NCBI GenBank assembly: GCA_965644295.1
Contig: CBFFRP010000397.1
Location: forward strand, 124,001 to 188,000
DNA: 64,000 nucleotides
Direction of reading: 5' to 3'
DNA from: Paraphysomonas bandaiensis
Taxonomy: Eukaryota; Protista; Chrysophyceae
Shown here: piece after piece, positions 54,386 to 64,000 of the stretch
Numbering within the stretch: position 1 is the stretch's first letter
Layout: each line of letters begins with the position of its first letter
Made by a program: the position numbers and the translations under genes
The notes under the pieces: model-generated
What the model was told of the DNA's origin: nothing
Database searches by the model: none
Seen by the model: the letters and a program-made list of their open reading frames with translations, nothing else

Positions 54386-54961
54386 AATAATGAAGTAGCA
54401 ATAACAAGTTGTTGTCTATTTTACGAGCGCATAAATCGAAGTTAGTCGTTCATTTACTTTCACACTTGCTAAGTCAATAGTAGCTCCTTTCGAATTTATT
54501 GGTACCGCATTGGACTATAATATGCATGTAAGCGCGTATGTACTACATAAATGTACTCACAAAAATTGTTCTTGTTCATATACAGCACTTCTGTTAAAGA
54601 TCTATGACGAATTACTTTCCAGAAATTCACATAAGAGAGAAATAGACTGCTTTACTTATTTTTAGATATTATTTGTTTTCTTGAAGCATACAGGAAGCAT
54701 TGAGCTTTTCACTGCCTACTTTGCTTGGATGAATGAATTTCGACACCGATATGACATTTACAACCTACAATCTCGTTTCCGTATGACTAGTACAATTCTA
54801 GGCAATTCAGAAATTGAACACGCTTCATAAACCCGTAAGTACGTTATACATTATATTGAAAGGGACGTAAACACCGGCGATATACCTATACTCTATAAGA
54901 AAAAATGCGAAAACGTGACATTCAAAAGGTGGTCCTATACTGCGCTCATGATTAAAATATC

Positions 54962-55255
54962 CTATATTTCCGTATTATACGCTGGTTGTCGTCCAGAATT
55001 ACATTTTCGGGTCGAAACAGTAGGCGGTGTTTGACTGGCAGCTCTGCTGATCGTGCGCAAATGTGTCTCTGTTGGAGAAGTGCGGCGTTTGTGAGATGTT
55101 GAACAGCAAAACATACGAGTTATCCAAGTTTTTCGGCGTCGTTTACTGTCAGCAACAGGTTGCATCATTCTTCTTTGTTGCAACACGTCATCATTACAGC
55201 ATTCCACTGAGTTGAGTGGTTGTGGAGAATACTCGGCAATAGTAACCAAGGACAT
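54962..55255 (-). CDS. Orphan 97-aa basic microprotein (paralog B)
   Basis: Paralogous to 52283-52570. Confidence 0.65.
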   Translation of the reverse strand: MSLVTIAEYSPQPLNSVECCNDDVLQQRRMMQPVADSKRRRKTWITRMFCCSTSHKRRTSPTETHLRTISRAASQTPPTVSTRKCNSGRQPAYNTEI

Positions 55256-56045
55256 AGCTACTATGCCTTCAACACTGCCAGAAATTTAATATACCGCAAC
55301 TTTTTATCACAATACTACTTCAGATTGCGATTAGTTATGCACTTGTTTCCAATGCACCTTTCTGTCCAATGTAAGTATAGTTTTCGTCTCAATCTATATC
55401 CGTTTTCAAACCAAAATCTGGTGACTTCTTGAATTGAACATTACGTTGAAAGAATTCAAATTAGCCAATCATGTATCTATATGATACAATGATATGTTGT
55501 GATTGGATGATTTTATTGGAATGTCTTTCGAATATGAAAAATTATTTAGCCCGCACCGCAGGTGCGGGATCCCGCACCCTTGTTTTTACACAAAGGCCGC
55601 ACAGCAAGTGCGCCCATCGAGTGATCCAATCAGCAGAGTGCATCATAGCATAGTGCATCATATCACATGCATCGAGTATATGTATATAGTAATATGACGA
55701 GGCAGCCATATGCAGCAGATACACGTTAATGAGTGCTTGAATGATAGGTGATAACATGTTGCTACCATCTTATTTCATGAAACTGTGAGATGAGATATGC
55801 AGTTACTGGACGAGGTTTATAAGGCTGTATGGAGAGGAACTGTGAAGGGCTGTATATTATGGTATGAAGTGATTTGATATGGATATCAATGATTGAATTC
55901 CAGGTGGGAGCATCATGCTCCCATCATCCTATTTAAAGTGTCAGGTATGTAGAGAGATGAGAAGTGGTACATTTGAAGGAATAGAAGGCTGTATATCATG
56001 CATGCACTATGTTGTGTGATGGTATATGATATGCTGAATGTTGTC

Positions 56046-56964
56046 ATGGTTTATTATGCTGTTGTAGGCGCAATGACGTTTATACTTACCGGTGCAAGAG
56101 GGATGCCTAAGCGACACAAGCGCCCGGCTGCCCCTGTACCATCTTGCAGTGAATATGTGTCATGTTGTGTAAGGGTATGCAGTATGGCTGTATGTGATAA
56201 GAATTCTGAACGGTGTGGAATAATAAAATGCTGAAGGCTGTGATGGTTTATTATGCTGTTGTAGGCGCAATGACGTTTATACTTACCGGTGCAAGAGGGA
56301 TGCCTAAGCGACACAAGCGCCCGGCTGCCCCTGTTCCATCTTGCAGTGAATATGTGTCATGTTGTGTAAGGGTATGCAGTATGGCTGTATGTGATAAGAA
56401 TTCTGAACGGTGTGGAATAATAAAATGCTGAACGCTGTGATGGTTGATTATACTGTTGTATGCTCTGTAAATAATGATACGATGTATTCCAATTACTAAT
56501 GAATCATTAATTATAAGGGTACAGTATAAAAAGTTGATGGAGTGGTTATAAATGAATACATATAGGCATTCTACAGATTACTAACATCAGACTGTGTCGA
56601 ATAATAAAATGCTGCACGCTGTAATGGTTGATTATACTGTTGTATGCTCTGTAAATAATGATACGATGTATTCCAATTACTAATGAATCATTAATTATAA
56701 GGGTACATTATAAAAAGTTGATGGAGTGGTTATAAATGAATACATATAGGCATTCTACAGATTACTAACATCAGACTGTGTCGAATAATAAAATGCTGAA
56801 CGCTGTAATGGTTGATTATACTGTTGTATGCTCTGTAAATAATGATACGATGTATTCCAATTACTAATGAATCATTAATTATAAGGGTACATTATAAAAA
56901 GTTGATGGAGTGGTTATAAATGAATACATATATTGGCATTCTACAGATTACTAACATCAGACTG
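56046..56964. repeat. Composite tandem array: 2 x 197 bp plus about 2.85 x 184 bp
   Basis: Unit starts (atggtt) at 56046, 56243, 56440, 56624 and 56808. Confidence 0.95.
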
Positions 56965-57041
56965 AAGTTTCCTTTTCTTTGTCCTTGGAATAATGTTACC
57001 ATCACTGTCCCTTCGTGCACTCATTGCATCATATATACTGT

Positions 57042-59184
57042 TTATGTATTTCTTAGAGGCTTTTTTTTGGGGTGAAACTTGTCGTAATTTTCCTGACCAA
57101 ATAAATCAACAATAACACGCAATTCAACCTTTTCAGCTATGCATTTTAAATTACTCTTCCATTCTCTGTACGAAGTAGACTGACTTGCCATACAGGGTTT
57201 CGGCTCATCAAGAAAACGTTTCTCGTCATCGTACAATAGGCCGAGTCCTTTAGTCAATACTCGATTTAGTTTTTTCTGTTTGTTGACGTTGTCTACCATA
57301 GGGTATCTCTTTCCTACAATTTCATGTAATTCATAATCAAAATAGTCAATAATAACTGTTGATAAGCATAATTTTTCGAGAGTTTTATATTGAATGAAGG
57401 ATATATGGGGCATGCGCTGCATGTTAACTCTCATGTATTGAAAAACATTTGTCGTAGTAGTGGATGGACCTTTGGAAGGTCCTTCAGTAATCGGAGGCAA
57501 GACTGTAGGCGATGTAGGTATCCGTGATACAGTCTCTGAAGTTGGTATAGTGGTATCCGTTGGAATATTTTTCAAGCCTTCTAGAATATCAGCCACAGCA
57601 GTGTCTAATTTCTTGTGCAGATCAGCTATTGCAATAGTTTGGGTGTCACACTTTCTATGAAGCTGTTGTATTTGGTCTCGAAGAATGCGATTCTCCTGGT
57701 AAATTTCGTCTACATTTCTTGTGTCTACAAAATTAAGGCGAAGCCATTCCTCCTCAATCGCAGCACTCCATTGCATTATGTCATTCCAAGTGAAATGGTG
57801 GCGCATCATGTTGTGCTTGAATTTACAAACCACTGCATGTTGTGCCGTGTATTTAGAAACAAATGATGGTAACCTCATAAGGAATGTAGCAAACACAGAG
57901 AGTTTAAATTGAAATAGACAGCCATCAACCCCAAATTCTGGGTAAGTGAGTGGATAACATGTTTCGATTAACGCCATCACTTGTTCTCGGTTTCCATTGT
58001 TGATAAATACACACTCGGGTGGATATATCTTATTCCTGGGATTAGAGTAGCCACTTAAAATTTTTCCACCCACAGCAATAGTGACATCTAGTCCCATGAT
58101 ATACTCAAAAATGCTGCACTCTCCGGAGAAGTCCCATCCTCCACGCATAATCGCATGGAAGATGCCGCCTGACTGACTACTGGCTATGTCAGTTGCAGCC
58201 CCGACTCTAAGACCCTTGCCTGTTGTTTCCTTTGTAACTCCAGGTACCTTCCCGATCATTTGTTTTAGTAGCTTAGAAACAAATTGACTAGCGCTTGATG
58301 TAGTCAATGCTAGATCTGGAAAGACGAAGTCACCGTTGAGATCTGCTGCAGTACAGGACATCCAGTACATTGAATAAGCGAAGAAAACACAAGTCTCTAG
58401 ACAAGAGTAGTCGGGAAAAAAGTTCATTGTTTTGATAGAAGCCACCTTCAATTCTGTCCAATCAAACGTTAAGTATCCATCGCAGTGCCACATTGCATTA
58501 TTATACGAAGCAAACATTGCTTCAGACACCCGACCAACAGCAGCAAACGTGAAAACCAAATAGAGATTGTACAATGAATACTTCTTCACTTCTAAATAAA
58601 GTTTATTAGCATACAGTAAATCATAGATATGTGAAGTATGTCCACTTACCGGAGAAATCAGATGCCCGATGTATAATGTATTCACCTATGCGCTTCATTA
58701 GTTCTTTCCCCACTGGACTTGTTTTCTCTGATATACGCACTCCTTGTGCGATACACCGCTTGATAATATGCTTTGATACTGCCGCTCTCACATCTTTGTA
58801 CCACAGCTCATTGGAGCTGCTTAATAACTCATTTCTTTTAAATCGCTTCGTCAGCGCAGTCTTCGTGTCTGACAAATACTGCCAAGCAGTACCTAGGGTC
58901 AAAGGCTTCTTCGTTGTTCCATGGACGGCGTGATCGATCAAAAAGCCACCGAAACATTGAAATAGTTCTACATTTATATCACTGTCTATGAGTTCCTTAT
59001 ACCTCTTCTTCCCGTCGAACCGCATCTCCAAGTACTTCGCAAACTGAGCTAACGCAGAGGAGTTACGATTTTTGGTTTCCCCATCACCGACTTTTCTAAT
59101 GCCCCCTGTGGTAGTTGATTCCGTGGTAGTTGATTCCGTGGTAGTTGATTCCGTGGTAGTTGATTCCGTGGTAGTTGATTCCAT
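57042..59184 (-). CDS. Crypton-type tyrosine recombinase (about 694 aa; intron 58592-58649; possible extension to 56941)
   Basis: Core-binding region (TAWQYLSDTK) and catalytic motifs AVGRVSE, ELK, TGKGLRVGAA, RGGW, SIFEY and KILSGY. A GTAAGT..GCTAAT..TTTAG intron fuses the two overlapping ORFs in frame. Confidence 0.88.
59108..59182 (-). repeat. 5 x 15-bp perfect coding repeat (ESTTT)
   Basis: gtggtagttgattcc repeated five times. Confidence 0.97.
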
Positions 59185-60255
59185 GCTACTATGATATGTT
59201 CTCGCTGTTATTATGTTCTGTATGTATGATACCATGCTGTGATGAGAGAGCTCCTCCTTCAACACCCACCTCCCTGGATCTATTACTCACCAGCAACACC
59301 ATACATACCACTGGTCACTCATCATCACCACTTATATAGTTCCACACCATTATGGTGCGGGCTTGAGTACGGTACCTTCCACATTTTACAGAAAAAATGC
59401 ATTCAAACAGATTCGGACAGATACCAAACTAAACTGAAAATCTATAGGAACAACAAAACTGAAATACTCCTCAATATAAAAATACCGAATATATAGAGAA
59501 GAGGACATCATTCCACTCCACTTACTATAAATAATATAATTAATAGACACCAACAGAGAAGAGAACCATATGATAGCAGTTATATTCTTCATTGCTTAGA
59601 TATATTGTATTCTTGTTTTGATTCCGTTTCAAGCGCATTCTATCTGTCATTTAGAGACTGTACTCCACATATTTTGGGACTGAGTGCATCCTACAGAAGC
59701 AACTATATGAATCATATACAATCTTAATAATATTATAAGGAAAGCTAACATTACATTAATATGACAGCGATGTTATTGCAACTGAGACAGAAACAACGAC
59801 AAACGACTTCCTTTTTATTTATTGTCGTTCAGATACTCTTTTCGCGCAAATAGTGTTCATTATTTTTATTAAACACAACATTTACATGAAACTGCTTTAT
59901 AAGTGTGAGCAACACATATACTAGTTGTAGGTAGTCTACAATGATATATATGTTGCTATATATCAAGTTTCTTTCAATGATTGGCTAGGGGGGTGATTCA
60001 ACTACTTACAACACTGATGATGTATCCACTGCAAAGTTTATAACTGCTTGCATAAATGTAGATACATTGAAGTTGTTTTCTAGTTATTGTCTTCAAGAGT
60101 CGTATATAATACAAAGACAGGTGGTGGATGGAGATGAGTCGGCATGATGGTATAAATAATGACATGCGTTCATATTCATTATGTTTATAGTAGCTAGTCC
60201 ATACTATTATGTTTATATTAGCTAGCAGCAATATGCAATATATATAGTATAATAC

Positions 60256-60388
60256 CAGGGCTAGGAAATAATATATTGTAATAATATTGTTAGATAGCGC
60301 CTCACCAATGATACTGATGGAGTTTTAAAACCGACCTAACAATACTATTGCAATATATTGCAATTCTATATATTATTCCCTAGCCCTG
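60256..60388. mobile_element. 133-bp hAT-family MITE
   Basis: cagggctaggaaataatatat ... atatattattccctagccctg; no clean TSD. Confidence 0.78.
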
Positions 60389-60734
60389 AGCTATACAAAG
60401 TGTACTTCTGCAACAGGAATAATCAACATCATGTGCAACACAACTACAGTGATATATCATACATATACCCACTGCAAAATACATCACCCAAGGCCACATC
60501 AACGGTCCATCATGCAGCAGACGCAGCAACCATTACTGCTGGACCCTTAGCAGCAAGTGGCTAATAAGCAACATAGAGTTATTATATATATATATTGAAA
60601 GTCTTATTATTACCAATGGGCGTTAAAAACCTGCACCAACTTAGTAGCTAGATAAATACTAGACAAATTAGTTAGACCTCTACCTGTAACTAATCAGTAC
60701 ACACTTTTTTTATCCCACTATTTAATGCTACGGA

Positions 60735-61042
60735 AGCTGCTTGTGCGTCGCCGCAAGCACCAAGGTGCGAATACATCCCGGATGCTTGCCTTCAGCAGGG
60801 AGCCCAATACCCCGGTTACCCTTGAGGTGGGCCCATTCCTGGATGCCTGCGTATTCGTCAGGACCCAATGATGTCTACACAAGTAACATTTATTGGTGTC
60901 CCTTGTACCACACAAGCATTTGGCTATGAGTGGGCAGAAGAATATCTGCTGACTGTATATGCGGCTCACGTTAGCTTCCCGGAGAAATATCTCCGGTACT
61001 TATCCCCCAGAACACCACGAAAAGGTGCGAGTCCGACTTTGT
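60735..61042 (+). repeat. Family X, copy 4
   Basis: Reverse-complement match to 20340-20745; encodes AFGYEWAEEYLLTVYAAHVSFPEKYLRYLSPRTPRKG. Confidence 0.8.
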
Positions 61043-61216
61043 TGAGGGATAGAGTTGTTAACTCGGTTTTTCATTTTAAGCACCTACTTTCGCTTCACTT
61101 TTGTCAGTTGATGTATGTGCACTGCGTATCTGTGGAATAAATTTCAACCAATTGTAAATACAAGTTTGAGAAGGACATTGGGAGAGCGAAAATAACCCTT
61201 AAGCTATAGTGTTATG

Positions 61217-62120
61217 CAGGGCTAGGGAACAATAAGTAAACAATATGCAAACGTGGGAAATTTTCAGAAATCTGGGAAATTCTAGTAGATTTTACTAGAC
61301 TTTTAAGAATTGTTGTAGAATGGTTCTAAAAGTGCTTGAATGCAATAGTATAGTGCTAATAATTATTTTTATTAATATTTAGGTCCTATAGGACATACCA
61401 ACAGCACGTTTCCTTTAACTTGTAACTACGTTGTATACCCTAATACTACTACTAATAGCCATCATAAAACGCCAATACACGTCGCGTCACACAAATCCTA
61501 TGCTAGAGTATTCACTACGTTCAATATATCCATCACTCAACCAATACAAGCCATACACTACTATCGCTCGGCGGTAAAACCTGAGCATACTAGAGTATTC
61601 ACTCAGCTCAACGAGAGAACATACATAGCAGAATAACTGTACAACATATAGGCATCGCATATAACCAATACACGTAACGTCACACAATCTTATATTCGAG
61701 TATTCGCTCAGTTCAACAAGTCCACCACTCAACCAATACACGTCACACATATCTTATACTCGAGTACTCACTCAGTGCAACATATTATATCCATCACACA
61801 ACCAATACACGTCACATCGCACAATCAATAATATTAATTTGCAATATTAGTCAGTAATATATCAATACAAATGCAGAGAACTATTTATTAGCACTCTAGT
61901 AACTAGCTAGCTTTAACGAGGAATGTACGTCAAAAACGTGGGAAATTTTTTTCCCCACGTTTGCATATTGTTTACTTAATATATTGAGTCTACGCAAGTG
62001 TTTAATTGCTGAATAACGATACTACTATATTGCAATAGTATCGCTGGGTTAGTTTTAAAACTCCATCAATATCGTTATCGCACTAACAATAATATTGCAA
62101 TGTATTGTTCCCCAGCCCTG
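61217..62120. mobile_element. hAT MITE (TSD gtgttatg/gtgctatg) interrupted by a nested insertion
   Basis: cagggctagggaacaat ... attgttccccagccctg; the 8-bp flanks match at 7 of 8 positions. Confidence 0.88.
61234..61977. mobile_element. 744-bp non-autonomous DNA transposon with 24-bp TIRs and AAT TSD
   Basis: aagtaaacaatatgcaaacgtggg ... cccacgtttgcatattgtttactt; removing it restores the host TIR gggaacaatatattg. Confidence 0.9.
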
Positions 62121-62538
62121 GTGCTATGACGAAGAGGAGATGGTCAATGAAGATGTCGACTCAACTCTATGAATCTTCAAGACATCATTTGATCTTGATA
62201 AGTTAAAAACTAGATGTGAAAAATGCAACCTTTCAGGGCATTCGTCAAAAAAACACGTTCCTATGTACTACAGTATGAAGAAGTGTACTGTGCGCCTGAG
62301 TCAAAAGTCACAATATCGATAGAGAAGTATTATTTAGAATAGCTATGAATAGACAGAGTTGTGAAAAACAAAGCACGTCTATAATTCATTTTCCCGCCAA
62401 CAACACATTAATAACAACACACAAGGTACAAAGAAAATTATTCCAGCCAAATTCAAAATAGGATACTACAATCACTCAAAATAATTCCATCAGTACTACA
62501 AGTCGTAAAACCCTATAAGCAACAATTTAGAAGAGTCA

Positions 62539-63344
62539 TCATAAAAGTACACCCAATAGCTTTACTTCTTCATCACTGTGTAGAATAATTCGTACAAATA
62601 TTTTAACGAATAATCCACAGACAAACACCACGAAAAGATTTCGAGTGGTTTGCTGATTGCATACCGTGTGATAGGCGTGGTACTGGATAGAAATCACAAG
62701 CATGCCAACAAAAAGAAGAAGTATTGATTCCGAGTCCCAAGTCTGAAGCAGAATGGCAAACAGCTTACCGATTTCAGGAAATGCCAGAGACAAGTATAAC
62801 TTCCGACAGAATTTATTGAATAGTGCAGTGTGCATGCTAGGTATATAAGATTTCCATAAAGCAATATATATTGAAGCTATGAAGGCGACATGCTCAACTA
62901 CACATGTCACAAATATAACAGAGTGACTAGAATTGCCATTCCCCTCAGAGTTATGCAATACCACAGACTTCACCAAGAAATTAACAAACAAACAGCTCAA
63001 CATAATTAACCGCGAATCACTCTGCAAATGCCGTTAGTAAGTTCAACAATTAGTACAAAAAACACGAACCAGAGTGGCAGCACAAAAGGGAGGACGGTTA
63101 AAAAATAGATGTCGGTAGGCTTCTGTGTTGTGGAGAATCAGGTCAATGTACACCAATATAAGCTCATACTCGATGTATTTATCCGCCACATTCTTACATT
63201 TATCCTGAAAATGACATAACAACAACACACATACCCTCAAACCACTCTTACACATCTCGTTAGCCGAATATTCGTGGGGCTGTATTCTGTGTATAGCGTC
63301 TCTGAGCCCTCCAGAGTATAGCCACACTCCACACAAACAGGCAT
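62539..63344 (-). CDS. ARV1: ARV1 lipid-homeostasis protein
   Basis: MPVCVECG...LYTEYSPTNIRLTRC|DKCKNVADKYIEYE...IDLILH...YRHLFFN. Confidence 0.93.
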
Positions 63345-63505
63345 TCCGGTTTACTCAATTACACCTGACACCTCAGGCTTCGAATATTCATAGATCGAAA
63401 GCAGCACAACTAGGAGTGATGACAGTAACTTTTATTGATAATAGATCAGTAAACAATGCATGTACACCACTGCTAGTCTGTGTACAACAGTGTAAAAGGC
63501 TGTGA

Positions 63506-63844
63506 GTATGTACGTATGTATGTATGTATGTATGTATGTATGTATGTATGTATGTATGTATGTATGTATGTATGTATGTATGTATGTATGTATGTATGTA
63601 TGTATGTATGTATGTATGTATGTATGTATGTATGTATGTATGTATGTATGTATGTATGTATGTATGTATGTATGTATGTATGTATGTATGTATGTATGTA
63701 TGTATGTATGTATGTATGTATGTATGCATGTATGTATGTATGTATGTATGTATGTATGTATGTATGTATGTATGTATGTATGTATGTATGTATGTATGTA
63801 TGTATGTATGTATGTATGTATGTATGTATGTATGTATGTATGTA
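63506..63844. repeat. (TATG)n microsatellite, about 85 units
   Basis: Nearly perfect array with two interruptions. Confidence 0.98.
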
Positions 63845-64000
63845 CAGTTTGTAGACAGGTATGCAGTATCTATGTGGTTTCTGCAAGAAGGTTGGATGCT
63901 TATAGGAATGCGTGGACATAATGACCACATCACCTTTCTTTTCTCTCTTTGTTCTTCTACAGGCTCTTCTTTTTCAAAGGATTTCTTCCTATCAGAGTCG

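Larger units (their letters stand above)
55548..59363 (-). mobile_element. CryptonS-like tyrosine-recombinase transposon (boundaries inferred)
   Basis: YR gene plus inverted agcccgcacc (55548) / ggtgcgggct (59354) at the putative ends. Confidence 0.65.

Noticed and set aside
56046-56964. CRISPR-like repeat/spacer pattern
   Set aside because: The intervening segments are themselves duplicated and about 130-150 bp long; there are no cas genes and the context is eukaryotic.
58592-58685. Programmed frameshift between the two overlapping recombinase ORFs
   Set aside because: A canonical intron with a branch-point-like GCTAAT explains the overlap.
55706-59572. CCATATG direct repeats (55706 and 59566) as Crypton terminal direct repeats
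   Set aside because: They fit TATGG on the coding strand, but such short words are frequent here. They cannot be preferred over the dyad-defined ends without other copies, so they are kept only as an alternative boundary.
62210-62260. Zinc-knuckle-like RCEKCNLSGHSSKK
   Set aside because: Lacks the last Cys and has no surrounding ORF; at most a TE relic.
206-63344. Non-standard genetic code or non-canonical splicing as the cause of fragmented ORFs
   Set aside because: The conserved genes examined (GPN3, CNOT9, Rab, SDR, PRIM1, methyltransferase) reconstruct with GT-AG introns and standard stops.
63388-63933. YIHT/MYVC repeat ORFs
   Set aside because: Translations of the TATG microsatellite.

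Overview
Eukaryotic nuclear DNA, AT-rich and gene-dense, using the standard code with many short (about 45-65 nt) GT-AG introns. Cilia genes (CFAP96, a CFAP157-like gene) and a CryptonS-type element suggest a flagellated stramenopile; this is inference. About 22 host protein genes were read by eye, including a POT/PTR transporter, an SV2-like MFS transporter, GPN3, CIAO2B/MIP18, CNOT9, an ER SDR, CFAP96, a Rab, PRIM1, CSTF3, a DOT1-like methyltransferase and ARV1. Two identical solitary 5S rRNA genes lie upstream of protein genes. The mobile fraction is rich. (i) An intron-containing tyrosine-recombinase transposon of CryptonS type (~55.55-59.36 kb) has GGTGCGGG dyads at both putative ends, a possible -1 frameshifted C-terminus and composite tandem repeats in its 3' region. 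(ii) A 4.13-kb palindrome has 1,782-bp near-identical arms. (iii) A hAT family is present as transposase relics, a deletion derivative and MITEs. (iv) Three MITEs have 3-bp TSDs (CTG, AAT, AAT), one of them nested in a hAT MITE. Also seen: a pair of paralogous orphan microproteins, an exon+intron tandem duplication and a recurrent promoter-proximal motif TACAGCAGTAC. All calls are manual and no database searches were run.
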